Part shown: one piece after another, positions 43,391 to 53,450 of the stretch
How the letters are laid out: every line of letters starts with the position of its first letter
Position numbering within the stretch: the first letter of the stretch is position 1
Assembly (NCBI GenBank): GCA_900617105.1
Contig: UYFQ01000023.1
Coordinates: 620,001-684,000, forward strand
Direction: 5' to 3'
Source: Hydrurus foetidus
Taxonomy: Eukaryota
DNA length: 64,000 nt
Program-made: the position numbers and the translations under genes
The notes under the pieces: generated by a model
Databases searched by the model: none
The model's input: only the letters and a program-made list of their open reading frames with translations
Told to the model about the DNA's origin: nothing

Positions 43391-44050
43391 ATGACCTCTG
43401 CGCTCCACCACATCAAAAACCGCACCAAAAAACTCCCCCCACTGCGCGTCGGCATCGGTGGCCCGGTAGGTTCTGGCAAAACCACGCTGCTGGAGATGCT
43501 CTGCAAAGCCATGCGTGAGCGCTATGACCTCGTGGCCATCACCAACGACATCTACACCAAAGAAGACCAGCGCCTGCTGACCGTCAGCGGTGCCCTGCCC
43601 GCCGAGCGCATCATGGGCGTGGAAACCGGCGGCTGCCCGCACACCGCGATCCGCGAAGACGCCTCGATCAACTTGGAGGCGATTGACCGGATGCTGGTGG
43701 ACTTCCCCAACGCGGACGTGGTGTTCATCGAGTCCGGTGGCGACAATTTAGCCGCCACCTTCAGCCCCGAGCTGAGCGACTTGACGCTCTACGTGATCGA
43801 CGTGGCCGCTGGCGAAAAAATCCCCCGCAAAGGCGGCCCCGGCATCACCAAGAGCGATTTGTTCGTCATCAACAAAACCGACTTGGCCCCTTACGTGGGT
43901 GCCGATTTAGCTGTGATGGAAGCCGACACCATCCGCATGCGCACCACAGCCAAAGGGCTGAAACCCTATGTGATGACGAATTTGAAGACGCGCACGGGCG
44001 TGGACGCGGTGGTGACGTTCATTGAGACCAAGGGGATGCTGAAAACCTAG
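43391..44050 (+). CDS. ureG: Urease accessory GTPase UreG
   Basis: [21 protein letters not shown] and NKTD motifs. Confidence 0.97.
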   Translation: MTSALHHIKNRTKKLPPLRVGIGGPVGSGKTTLLEMLCKAMRERYDLVAITNDIYTKEDQRLLTVSGALPAERIMGVETGGCPHTAIREDASINLEAIDRMLVDFPNADVVFIESGGDNLAATFSPELSDLTLYVIDVAAGEKIPRKGGPGITKSDLFVINKTDLAPYVGADLAVMEADTIRMRTTAKGLKPYVMTNLKTRTGVDAVVTFIETKGMLKT

Positions 44051-44164
44051 GGCGCGGGGAGATCAAGCGGCAAGTGCCGCGAATCGGTAAACTTTGCAAC
44101 GACCACTGCGCCGGCTCAATTGAAGCGGGCGATGGATCACACACAACGAACCGAGACAACGTCC

Positions 44165-45469
44165 ATGCCCATCCGCAGCCCTGCCCTTCGCTTCAACCTT
44201 CGCCAAACGCTGGTCACCATCGCTTGCAGCAGTGCTTTGCTGCTGTCTGCCTGTGCCAATCTAGGCACCGACAAAGCCACTCCGCGTGCTATGAGCACAG
44301 CCACTCTGCGCAACCTGGACGACACCCTGACCCGCGATGTAGCGGCAGGGCGTTTGCCTGGGGCCGTGGTGATGGTCTACCGCGACGGCCGTATTGTTCA
44401 CGAACGCGTATTCGGCATGCGCGATGCGCCCAGCCAGTCGCCAATGGCGGCAGATTCGATTTTTCGCATCTACTCCATGAGTAAACCCATCGTCACCGTG
44501 GGCCTGATGATGCTGGTGGAAGACGGTAGGGTGCAACTGAGCGAGCCCGTAGCACGCTATCTGCCTGAGTTCAAAGACATGCAACTGGGTGTGGAGAAAA
44601 AAGACACCGCCGGTAATCTGGTGCTAGAGCGTGTGCCTTCACCCCGCGCACCTACCGTGCAAGACCTGTTGCGCCACACCTCGGGCCTGACCTATGGTGT
44701 GTTCGGAAAATCGCTGGTGAAAAGCGAGTACCTGAAGGCTGGTGTCCACAAAGCCGACCTGAGCAACACCGAGTTTTCACGCAAACTGGCCACCATGCCA
44801 CTGGCCTACGTGCCGGGCACCATCTGGGAATACAGCCGTTCCACCGATGTGGTGGGGGCCTTGATTGAACGTGTCTCAGGCCAAACATTGGGCGTGTATT
44901 TGCAACAACGCATTCTGGGCCCCTTGCAAATGAAGGATACGGGCTTTTCAGTGCCTGCTGACAAGCTCAACCGCTTGGCAGAACCATTCAAAATCGATCC
45001 AGACAGCAAGCAAGCTGTGACCCTGCTGGATGTGACCAAGCCACCAGTGTTTGAGTCAGGCGGTGGCGGCATGGTCTCAACCGCAGCAGATTACCTGCGC
45101 TTTAGCCGTATGGTGTTGGCGGGCGGCGAGTTGGACGGTACCCGCATCTTGTCACCCAAAACGGTGCAATTGATGACGCGTGACCACCTCGGTGCCGATG
45201 GCATCCGTGCCAGCCGTACACCAGGTGCCAGCACAGGCTACCTGCCCGGCCCCGGCTTTGGTTTTGGTCTGGGTTTTGCAGTCCGTGTGGCGGAAGGTGA
45301 AGCCGTCAACCCTGGCAGCGTGGGAGAAGCCAACTGGGGCGGCTTGGGAGGCACCTATTTTTGGATAGACCCGCGTGAGAACCTGATTGGCATCTGGATG
45401 ATGCAGGCTCCTGGGCAACGTGAACATTACCGGCACCTGTTCAAAAACATGGTTTACGGTGCGTTCTAA
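44165..45469 (+). CDS. Beta-lactamase-family serine hydrolase, probable lipoprotein
   Basis: Lipobox LLSAC, SMSK (SxxK), LLRHTSG, YS and WGG motifs; start uncertain. Confidence 0.88.
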   Translation: MPIRSPALRFNLRQTLVTIACSSALLLSACANLGTDKATPRAMSTATLRNLDDTLTRDVAAGRLPGAVVMVYRDGRIVHERVFGMRDAPSQSPMAADSIFRIYSMSKPIVTVGLMMLVEDGRVQLSEPVARYLPEFKDMQLGVEKKDTAGNLVLERVPSPRAPTVQDLLRHTSGLTYGVFGKSLVKSEYLKAGVHKADLSNTEFSRKLATMPLAYVPGTIWEYSRSTDVVGALIERVSGQTLGVYLQQRILGPLQMKDTGFSVPADKLNRLAEPFKIDPDSKQAVTLLDVTKPPVFESGGGGMVSTAADYLRFSRMVLAGGELDGTRILSPKTVQLMTRDHLGADGIRASRTPGASTGYLPGPGFGFGLGFAVRVAEGEAVNPGSVGEANWGGLGGTYFWIDPRENLIGIWMMQAPGQREHYRHLFKNMVYGAF

Positions 45470-45502
45470 GCCGCTTTGACCATCCAGCCTTGCGAAGAGG
45501 GG

Positions 45503-45964
45503 TCACCGCAAGGGTAAAGCCGTCTTGTAGCGCACTTGCTTGAGCGCAAAGCTGGAACGAATCTTTTCCACCTGTGCAATAGGGGCGAGCTGTTCCAAAA
45601 TAAAGTGCTCCAGTGCAGGCATGTCAGCGATGGCGACACGGATCAGGTAGTCCTCATCGCCGGTCATCAAATAGCACTCCATGACCTCCTCGCGCGCGCA
45701 AATTCGGTCTTCAAACGCTTGCAGCGCCTCACGGCTTTGCTGTTTGAGGCTGATCGAGATGAACACATTCAGGTGCAAGCCCAGCTTTTGCGCGTCCAGC
45801 AACGCCACATAGTGGCGAATGATGCCTTTTGCCTCCAAAGCACGCACCCGCGCTAGACAAGGCGAAGGCGACAGGTGGACGCGCTGCGCCAGCTCCACAT
45901 TCGACAGGCTCGCGTCGGCTTGCAGCTCGTTCAGTATTTTCAAGTCAGTGCTGTCTATGCTCAT
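45503..45964 (-). CDS. Lrp/AsnC family regulator (MdeR-like)
   Basis: D..IL.ELQ.DA.LSN.ELA.RV.LSPSPC HTH; divergent from mdeB. Confidence 0.92.
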   Translation of the reverse strand: MSIDSTDLKILNELQADASLSNVELAQRVHLSPSPCLARVRALEAKGIIRHYVALLDAQKLGLHLNVFISISLKQQSREALQAFEDRICAREEVMECYLMTGDEDYLIRVAIADMPALEHFILEQLAPIAQVEKIRSSFALKQVRYKTALPLR

Positions 45965-46106
45965 GGTGCTTTAAATTTTATTTATGGCAGCAGAATATGC
46001 TTAAAAAATTGAAATTAACCATCAAATTAAGCTGTAAATGCCACGAGATTGATTCTACAGTTGAGGTCGAAAATGCTTTTTTCGCCTCATAGAAATTAAA
46101 CCCACC

Positions 46107-48821
46107 ATGTCCCTGCCAGCCACAGCCCCGCACCCCGTGGACACCGATCCCCCTGAAAGCGCTGAATGGCGTGATGCGCTTTTGTCGCTGCTCCAAGCCT
46201 CTGGCCCCGAGCGTGCAAGGCAAATCCTGGACATGCTTGACGCGATGGGGCGTGACCCTCAAATCGCTTGGCAGCCCGCCCGTGGCACTCCCTATGTCAA
46301 CACCATCCCGGTGAACCAGCAGCCCGTCTTCCCAGGGGATTTGGCAATGGAAGAGCGGCTGGCCTCACTCGTGCGCTGGAACGCATTGGCGATGGTGGTG
46401 CGCGCCAATCAAGCGTATGGCGAGCTGGGTGGGCACATCGCCAGCTATGCAAGTGCGGCGGATTTGTTTGAGACGGGCTACAACCATTTCTTCCGTGCCC
46501 GCAGCGAAACAACAGGGGCAGCCCCCTCGGGGGGCAGCGCAGCACACGAAGTGGCAAGCGTGGGGGCCACACTGGGTGATTTGGTGTTCTTCCAGCCCCA
46601 CAGTGCCCCCGGCGTGTACGCCAGGGCTTACCTGGAAGGCCGCCTTAGCGCCGAAGACCTGAGTTATTACCGCCAAGAGTTGACCGCCCCCGCAGCCCTC
46701 ACCGGTGAGGGGCCGCGCGGCTTGTGCAGCTATCCGCACCCTTACCTGATGCCGGACTTCTGGCAGTTCCCCACCGGCTCCATGGGCATTGGCCCCATCA
46801 GCTCCATTTATCACGCCCGCTTCATGCGCTACCTCACCCACCGCCAACTGCTCGATTGCAGCGGCCGTAAGGTGTGGGGCGTCTTTGGCGATGGCGAAAT
46901 GGACGAGCCTGAAAGCATGAGCGCACTCACCCTGGCCGCCCGTGAAGGGCTGGACAACCTGGTGTGGGTAGTGAACTGCAATCTGCAACGGCTTGATGGC
47001 CCGGTACGTGGCAATGGCCGCATCATCGATGAGCTGGAACAGCTCTTTGTGGGCGCGGGCTGGAACGTCATCAAACTGGTCTGGGGCAGTGATTGGGATG
47101 GCCTTTTTGCACGGGACGTCAGCGGCGCTTTGGCGAAGGCTTTTGCCAACACGGTGGACGGTCAAATGCAGACCTTTGCCGCCAAGGATGGGCGCTTCAA
47201 CCGCGAAAACTTCTTCGGCCAAAACGAAGCCCTGGCCCACTTGGCCCAAGGCATGACTGACGAGCAGATTGACCGCCTTAAGCGCGGTGGTCACGATATG
47301 GTGAAGATCTACGCCGCCTACCAGGCCGCAGCTCAGCACAAAGGTCAGCCGACAGTAATCCTTGCTCACACCAAAAAAGGCTACGGCATGGGCAGTGCCG
47401 GTCAGGGCAAGATGACCACCCACAGCCAAAAGAAATTTGACGAGACCGATTTGATCGCCTTTCGCAACCGCTTCCAGTTGCCCCTGTCGGACGAGCAAGT
47501 CACCTCACTCAGCTTTTACAAACCTGCGCCCGACAGCCCAGAGATGCAGTACCTGCACGCGCAGCGCCACAAACTGGGGGGATTTTTACCCCAGCGCTAC
47601 ACCGCCTGTGCACCCGTTCTAGTGCCTGACATCACCAGCTATGCCCAGTTTGCGTTGCAAGCCGATGGCAAAGAGATGAGCACCACGATGGCCTTTGTGC
47701 GCATGTTGGGCAACTTGCTCAAAGACCGTGCGCTGGGCCCCCGTGTGGTGCCCATCGTGGCGGACGAGGCACGTACCTTTGGCATGGCCAATCTGTTCAA
47801 GCAAGTCGGCATCTACTCCAGCGTGGGCCAGCGCTATGCGCCCGAAGATATCGGCTCGGTGCTGAGCTACCGCGAAGCGATGGACGGCCAAATTCTGGAG
47901 GAAGGCATCTCCGAAGCCGGTGCCTTGGCCAGCTGGACGGCGGCCAGCACCAGCTACAGCGTGCACGGGCTGGCGATGCTGCCGTTCTACATCTACTACT
48001 CCATGTTTGGCTTCCAGCGCGTGGGCGATCAAATCTGGGCAGCGGCTGACCAGCGGGCACGCGGCTTTTTGCTGGGTGCAACCTCGGGTAGAACCACGCT
48101 GGGCGGTGAAGGTCTGCAACACCAAGACGGCACCAGCCACCTGATGGCCTCCACAATCCCCAATTGCAAAGCCTACGACCCCGCCTTTGCGGGTGAGCTG
48201 GCCGTCATCATCGACCAAGGCATGCGCGAGATGCTTGTCGAGCAACAAGACGTTTTCTACTACATCACGATGATGAATGAAAACTACGCACAGCCCAGCT
48301 TGCCTGCCGGGACAGAGGACGATGTGGTACGTGGATGCTATAAATTCAACAGCTACACAAGCCCATCATTTGAACTACAGGACGATAAAACACGGCAAAA
48401 AGTCACGCTGATGGGCTCGGGGGCGATTCTGCTGGAGGTCATCAAGGCAGCGCAGTCTCTGGCGCTGCAAGGCATTACCGCCACCGTGTACAGCGTGACC
48501 AGCTGGAGCGAGCTCGCACGCGACGGTCAACGCCATTTGCAGAGCGACACCACAGACCTGACTGCCCCGTTCAACACACCGTTCTTGACCGAGATGCTGC
48601 AAGACAGCCAAGGCCCGATCATCGCGGCCACCGACTACGTATGCGCCGTGCCCGAGAGCGTGCGAGCCTTCATCCCTCTAGGGCGTGCCTACCGCACCCT
48701 GGGCACAGATGGTTTTGGCCGGAGCGACACCCGCGCCGCTTTGCGGGCTTTCTTTGGAGTTGATGCGGCCAGCATTGAGCGGGCGGCGTTGAGGATGCTT
48801 AAGCCCCTGAACCAGGGCTGA
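46107..48821 (+). CDS. mdeB: AceE-type alpha-keto acid dehydrogenase E1 (MdeB-like)
   Basis: GGHIASYAS, GDGEMDEPES, NCNLQRLDGP, GEGLQHQDG and LGTDGFGRSD motifs. Confidence 0.85.
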   Translation: MSLPATAPHPVDTDPPESAEWRDALLSLLQASGPERARQILDMLDAMGRDPQIAWQPARGTPYVNTIPVNQQPVFPGDLAMEERLASLVRWNALAMVVRANQAYGELGGHIASYASAADLFETGYNHFFRARSETTGAAPSGGSAAHEVASVGATLGDLVFFQPHSAPGVYARAYLEGRLSAEDLSYYRQELTAPAALTGEGPRGLCSYPHPYLMPDFWQFPTGSMGIGPISSIYHARFMRYLTHRQLLDCSGRKVWGVFGDGEMDEPESMSALTLAAREGLDNLVWVVNCNLQRLDGPVRGNGRIIDELEQLFVGAGWNVIKLVWGSDWDGLFARDVSGALAKAFANTVDGQMQTFAAKDGRFNRENFFGQNEALAHLAQGMTDEQIDRLKRGGHDMVKIYAAYQAAAQHKGQPTVILAHTKKGYGMGSAGQGKMTTHSQKKFDETDLIAFRNRFQLPLSDEQVTSLSFYKPAPDSPEMQYLHAQRHKLGGFLPQRYTACAPVLVPDITSYAQFALQADGKEMSTTMAFVRMLGNLLKDRALGPRVVPIVADEARTFGMANLFKQVGIYSSVGQRYAPEDIGSVLSYREAMDGQILEEGISEAGALASWTAASTSYSVHGLAMLPFYIYYSMFGFQRVGDQIWAAADQRARGFLLGATSGRTTLGGEGLQHQDGTSHLMASTIPNCKAYDPAFAGELAVIIDQGMREMLVEQQDVFYYITMMNENYAQPSLPAGTEDDVVRGCYKFNSYTSPSFELQDDKTRQKVTLMGSGAILLEVIKAAQSLALQGITATVYSVTSWSELARDGQRHLQSDTTDLTAPFNTPFLTEMLQDSQGPIIAATDYVCAVPESVRAFIPLGRAYRTLGTDGFGRSDTRAALRAFFGVDAASIERAALRMLKPLNQG
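46515..46568 (+). repeat. GC-rich palindromic element in frame in mdeB
   Basis: GCCCCCTCGGGGGGC hairpin plus GTGGGGGC; encodes GAAPSGGSAAHEVASVGA where AceE homologues have a short loop. Confidence 0.6.
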
Positions 48822-48846
48822 TAAATCCAGCGGCGTGAGAGGCTGG

Positions 48847-51800
48847 TTACTCGCCCCAACTTTCACCCAGCGCCTGCGCCTGCTGCAACACCAATTCCAC
48901 CGCAGCATCCTGCAGATCAGGAGGGTACTTGTACTTGCGCAGAATGCGTTTCACCATCAATCGCAACTTGGCCCGCACACTTTCCCGTTCAGACCAATCC
49001 ACGCTAAGGTTCTGCCGCAGGTTCTCGGTCAGCTCGTGGGCAATCTTCTTCAGCGTCTCATCGGTCAATTCCCGCACTGCGGATTCATTGTTTGCCAGTG
49101 CATCGTAGAAGCGCACTTCGTCTTCGGTCAGGCCCAGCGTCTCGCCGCGGGACGCCTCTTCGCGGAACTTCTTCGCCATGGCTACCAGTTCTTCCATGAC
49201 CTGTGCGGTTTCAATGGATCGGTTCTGGTAACGGGTGATGACGTTGGTCAGCATCTCGGAGAACTTTCTGTCCTGCACCACGTTGCTGGCAAAGCGGCTC
49301 TTGATTTCCCCTTCCAGTAGACGCTCCAGCAGTTCCACAGCCAAGTTCCTTTCGGGCAGGTTGCGCACTTGGGCCAGGAACTCATCGTCCAGCAAACCAA
49401 TGTTGGGCTTCTCTAGGCCGACCGCATCAAATATGTCCACCACGCTGCTCGACACCACGGCAGAGTTGATGATCTGGCGGATGGCAAAGTCACGGGCTTC
49501 GTCTGTGCGACGTTGGGCCGTGATGTCGCGCTTAGTCAGGATAACTTTCACACCCTGGAAGAAGGCCACTTCTTCTCTAACCGCCTTAGCATCGTCCAGC
49601 GTGCAGCACAGCGTAAATGCCTTCGCCATGGACAGCGCCACGTCTGCAAACCGCTTCTTGCCGTCTTTGATACCGAGCACATGGTTGGCAGCACCGGCAA
49701 GAATACGATGTCCAGCCGTCAAGAAGCCGCTGTAATCGAAGCCGTGCAGCATGGCACGCAGTACATCCAACTTCTCCATCAGCACGCTGTAGGCTTCGCG
49801 GGCATCAACTGTCGGCCTGCCGCGTCCCTTGGATTGGGTGTATTCCTTCATGGCGGATCGCAGTTCGTTGCCAATGCCGATGTAATCCACCACCAAGCCG
49901 CCTTGCTTGTCCTTGAACACGCGGTTGACGCGGGCAATGGCCTGCATCAGGTTGTGGCCCTTCATGGGCTTGTCCACATACAGGGTGTGAACGCAGGGGG
50001 CATCGAACCCGGTCAACCACATGTCCCGCACGATGACCAGCCGCAGCGGATCGGTTGGGTCTTTGAAGCGTTTTTCTAGCCGCTTCTTGGTTTGGGCACT
50101 GTAGATATGGGGCCGCAACAGCGCCTTGTCGCTGGCAGAGCCGGTCATGATGATCTTGACCGCACCTTGCTCAGGGTCTGCACTGTGCCAGTCCGGGCGC
50201 AATTGGATGATCTGGTCGTACAGGTGGACGCAAATATCGCGGCTCATGGCAACCACCATGGCCTTGCCTGTTTGGGCCTTGTTGCGCTCCTCGAAGTGGG
50301 CCACCAGATCAGCGGCCACACTGACGACACGGGGCTGTGCGCCCACCACTTTTTCCAGCGCAGCCCAGCGGCTCTTGAGTTGAGACTGTGCGCTCTCTTC
50401 CTCATCCTCGGCCAGTTCATCCACCTCAACATCAATCGTCGCCATGTCTGCCGCATTCAGACTGAGCTTGGCCAGGCGTGACTCATAGTAGATGGCAACC
50501 GTAGCGCCATCTTCCTTGGCCTGCTGCATGTCATAGACATGGATGTAATCGCCAAACACGGCGCGGGTGTCGCGGTCTTCGCTGCTGACGGGTGTTCCGG
50601 TGAAGGCGACGAAGGTGGCGTTGGGCAAGGCATCGCGCAGGTGCTGGGCGTAGCCGACCTCGTACCGCTCCGTGTATTGCGGTGGCGCAAACTCAACCTT
50701 GTGCGGGTTCACCACGCCATCACCAGTCGCTATGACATTGGTAGCTGTTTGCGCATATCCTGCAAAGCCAAAAGGTACTTTTCGCACTTTAAGTTTGGCT
50801 TCAAAGCCGTATTGCGTGCGGTGGGCTTCGTCTGCGATCACCACAATGTTGTGGCGGCCTGACAGCACCGGGAAGGTGTCTTCATCTTCACCGGGCATGA
50901 ACTTCTGGATGGTGGCAAACACAATGCCGCCTGATGGCCGGTTGGACAGCTTGGCCCGCAAGTCCTGCCGGGTGCTGACTTGCACGGGCTGTTCCCGCAA
51001 CAGGTCTTGCGCCAGACTGAACACGCCAAACAGTTGTCCGTCCAGATCGTTGCGGTCGGTGATGACCACAATGGTGGGGTTCTCCATGGCAGGTTCTTGC
51101 ATGACACGGGCCGCAAAGCAGGTCATGGTGATGCTCTTGCCGCTGCCCTGGGTGTGCCAGACGACGCCGCCCTTTTGTGAGCTGCCAGGGCGCGAAGCAG
51201 CCACCACCTGCCCAATAGCCAGCCGCACCGCATGAAACTGGTGGTAGCCCGCGATCTTTTTGACAAGGCCGCCATCGTCCTCAAACAGCACAAAGTAGCG
51301 CAGGTAGTCCAGCAAGTATTGCGGTGCCAGCACTCCACGTACCAGCGTTTGCAGTTCGTTGAACTCGCCCAACGGGTCCAGCGTGATGCCGTCTATCGTG
51401 CGCCACGCCATGAAGCGCTCAGCGTCGGCGCTCAGGCTACCCAGCAGCGCCTCGGTGCCGTCGGAGATGACCAGCACCTCGTTGGTCTGGAACACGTCGG
51501 GGATCTGCTCTTTGTAGGTCTGAATCTGGTCAAACGCCTTCCATACATCGGCATTCACATCCGCCGGGTTCTTCAGCTCGATCAGCACCAGCGGCAAGCC
51601 GTTGACGAACAAGATGATGTCCGGGCGGCGGGTGTGGTGCGGGCCTTTGATGCTGAACTGGTTCACCGCCAGCCACTCGTTGCGCTCAGGCGTGGCCCAG
51701 TCCACCAAGCGCACAAAGTCGCCCCGGGTTTCGCCTTTCAACGGGTACTGCACCGGCACGCCGCCCACCAGCAGTCGGTGAAAATGACGGTTGGCCGATA

Positions 51801-52038
51801 GCAGCGCGGGCACGCCCAAATCCAGCACCTGTTTCAAAGCATCTTCGCGGGCTGCTGTGGGAATGGTCGGGTTGAGCTTATGGATGGCTTCGCGCAGGCG
51901 AAAGATCAGCAGCACTTGGCGGTAATTGGCCCGCTCAGGCTTGGGGCCGTCAAAGGCGATGTCCGGGCCGTAGAGGTGGGTGTAGCCCACGTCCGCGAGC
52001 CAGGCCAGGGTTTCTTGTTCGAGTTGGTCTTCGGTCAT
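48847..52038 (-). CDS. hsdR: Type I restriction enzyme R subunit
   Basis: PD..LFVNG.P.VLIELK nuclease motif; QGSGKS, DEAH, FTGTP, MWLTGFD and QAIARVNR helicase motifs. Confidence 0.97.
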   Translation of the reverse strand: MTEDQLEQETLAWLADVGYTHLYGPDIAFDGPKPERANYRQVLLIFRLREAIHKLNPTIPTAAREDALKQVLDLGVPALLSANRHFHRLLVGGVPVQYPLKGETRGDFVRLVDWATPERNEWLAVNQFSIKGPHHTRRPDIILFVNGLPLVLIELKNPADVNADVWKAFDQIQTYKEQIPDVFQTNEVLVISDGTEALLGSLSADAERFMAWRTIDGITLDPLGEFNELQTLVRGVLAPQYLLDYLRYFVLFEDDGGLVKKIAGYHQFHAVRLAIGQVVAASRPGSSQKGGVVWHTQGSGKSITMTCFAARVMQEPAMENPTIVVITDRNDLDGQLFGVFSLAQDLLREQPVQVSTRQDLRAKLSNRPSGGIVFATIQKFMPGEDEDTFPVLSGRHNIVVIADEAHRTQYGFEAKLKVRKVPFGFAGYAQTATNVIATGDGVVNPHKVEFAPPQYTERYEVGYAQHLRDALPNATFVAFTGTPVSSEDRDTRAVFGDYIHVYDMQQAKEDGATVAIYYESRLAKLSLNAADMATIDVEVDELAEDEEESAQSQLKSRWAALEKVVGAQPRVVSVAADLVAHFEERNKAQTGKAMVVAMSRDICVHLYDQIIQLRPDWHSADPEQGAVKIIMTGSASDKALLRPHIYSAQTKKRLEKRFKDPTDPLRLVIVRDMWLTGFDAPCVHTLYVDKPMKGHNLMQAIARVNRVFKDKQGGLVVDYIGIGNELRSAMKEYTQSKGRGRPTVDAREAYSVLMEKLDVLRAMLHGFDYSGFLTAGHRILAGAANHVLGIKDGKKRFADVALSMAKAFTLCCTLDDAKAVREEVAFFQGVKVILTKRDITAQRRTDEARDFAIRQIINSAVVSSSVVDIFDAVGLEKPNIGLLDDEFLAQVRNLPERNLAVELLERLLEGEIKSRFASNVVQDRKFSEMLTNVITRYQNRSIETAQVMEELVAMAKKFREEASRGETLGLTEDEVRFYDALANNESAVRELTDETLKKIAHELTENLRQNLSVDWSERESVRAKLRLMVKRILRKYKYPPDLQDAAVELVLQQAQALGESWGE

Positions 52039-52167
52039 TTGCCTCCCTGGCAAGCCATCTTTGTCTGGCTGCATCTGTCGTTCAAATCGACATGTTTTAA
52101 ATATACGTTTAAAAAATACGCAAATATCGACATATTTTCAACATGTGTCGATTGCGTCACCATGTGC

Positions 52168-53244
52168 TTATGCAGCCAATTCGGCAAACAGCGCATCGTT
52201 GATGTAGTACTTCTCACGCCCCTGTTTGCTCTCCCGCAGCACCCCCAAGCCCGCCAGTGCTTGGAGGTAGGTCGATGCAGTTTGCCGCTTGGCAATGCCC
52301 GCATCCACCACAAATTGAATCTTGGTATAGGGCTGCCGAAAAATCACTTCGATCAGGTCTTTGCTGTACACACCGGGTGCCTCGCGCTGCACCTTCTCGC
52401 GCACCTGCTCCATCACTGCGCGAATACGGCTTACCTGGTCAAAGGTTTGCTGTGCGGTGCTCTCTACCGCGCGCAGCATATACAGCAGCCAGTTTTCCCA
52501 GTTCTGTTGCTCGGTCACTCCCCGCAAGCCTCCGTAGTAACCCGCTTTGTTGGCCATGATGTAGCGTGACAAAAACAGCACGGGTATATCCAGCAAACCC
52601 CTGTCCACCAAATACAGCAAGTTCAAGATACGCCCTGTACGGCCATTGCCGTCTGGGAAAGGGTGAATCGCCTCAAACTGGTAATGCATCACCGCCATCT
52701 TGATCAGCGGGTCAATGTCATCGTCCGCGTGGATGAACTTCTCCAGGTTCGACAACTTGTCGCGTATGACTGCATCACCTGCAGGCGGCGTGTACACCAC
52801 ATTACCGGCATCGTTCTTCAAAACCACCCCGGGAATGGCGCGCACATCCAAGTCGCTCTGCTTGATGATGCGCACAATTTCCACAAACAGATTGGTGCTC
52901 AAGGGACGCAGCTTGAGCGCCCTGAAACCGTGGTTCAACGCCTCGCGGTAGCGCAGCACTTCTTTGGTGTGGGGGTCGGCTTTGCCGTCGCCATCTGCAT
53001 CCGCGCGGTACAGCTCGTCGTCGCTCGTCACAATGTTTTCAATCTCGGACGACAAGCGCGCTTCCTGCAGCACGATGCTGCTGATCAGCACGCCCTGATT
53101 GGGAATCTGTGCCGCCAGCCCCCGCAGATTGGCCAGCACCCGGTTGGCCGCAATGGCTTGCTTCAAGACCGCCTTGGTCTCCAGTTCGACGCCGGGCGGT
53201 AACAAGGGCAGGTCGTTATAAGGCTGACTGCGGTCAAACGGCAT
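52168..53244 (-). CDS. Fic-domain AMPylase with C-terminal winged HTH (SoFic-like, class II)
   Basis: Canonical HPFPDGNGRTGR motif, N-terminal inhibitory SSEIEN motif, C-terminal RQTASTYL..L...G.L wHTH. Confidence 0.9.
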   Translation of the reverse strand: MPFDRSQPYNDLPLLPPGVELETKAVLKQAIAANRVLANLRGLAAQIPNQGVLISSIVLQEARLSSEIENIVTSDDELYRADADGDGKADPHTKEVLRYREALNHGFRALKLRPLSTNLFVEIVRIIKQSDLDVRAIPGVVLKNDAGNVVYTPPAGDAVIRDKLSNLEKFIHADDDIDPLIKMAVMHYQFEAIHPFPDGNGRTGRILNLLYLVDRGLLDIPVLFLSRYIMANKAGYYGGLRGVTEQQNWENWLLYMLRAVESTAQQTFDQVSRIRAVMEQVREKVQREAPGVYSKDLIEVIFRQPYTKIQFVVDAGIAKRQTASTYLQALAGLGVLRESKQGREKYYINDALFAELAA

Positions 53245-53301
53245 TCAATGAACCTCATTAAATATGTTTAAAAAACTAAAATTTATCAACATATTATCGC
53301 T

Positions 53302-53336
53302 GATATGTATAAAAATAAAGGGTTTTTATACATATC
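53302..53336. promoter_or_regulatory. 14-bp perfect inverted repeat upstream of fic (candidate operator)
   Basis: GATATGTATAAAAA-N7-TTTTTATACATATC. Confidence 0.6.
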
Positions 53337-53376
53337 GTCAGTAACCTGCCTCGCAGTTGTAACCGCTAAATTTAGG

Positions 53377-53433
53377 CAAAAATTGGCCTGTAGCCCACGT
53401 GGAACGTGCGCGAGCAGCTATCAAAAGCACAGT
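53377..53433 (+). repeat. Dispersed GCTA-N9-TAGC element, intergenic copy
   Basis: AAATTGGCCTGTAGCCCACGTGGAACGTGCGCGAGCAGCTATCAAAAGCACAG resembles the copies at 32625, 34225, 21889 and 50729. Confidence 0.65.
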
Positions 53434-53450
53434 GACTGTGGGCGCTGGGC

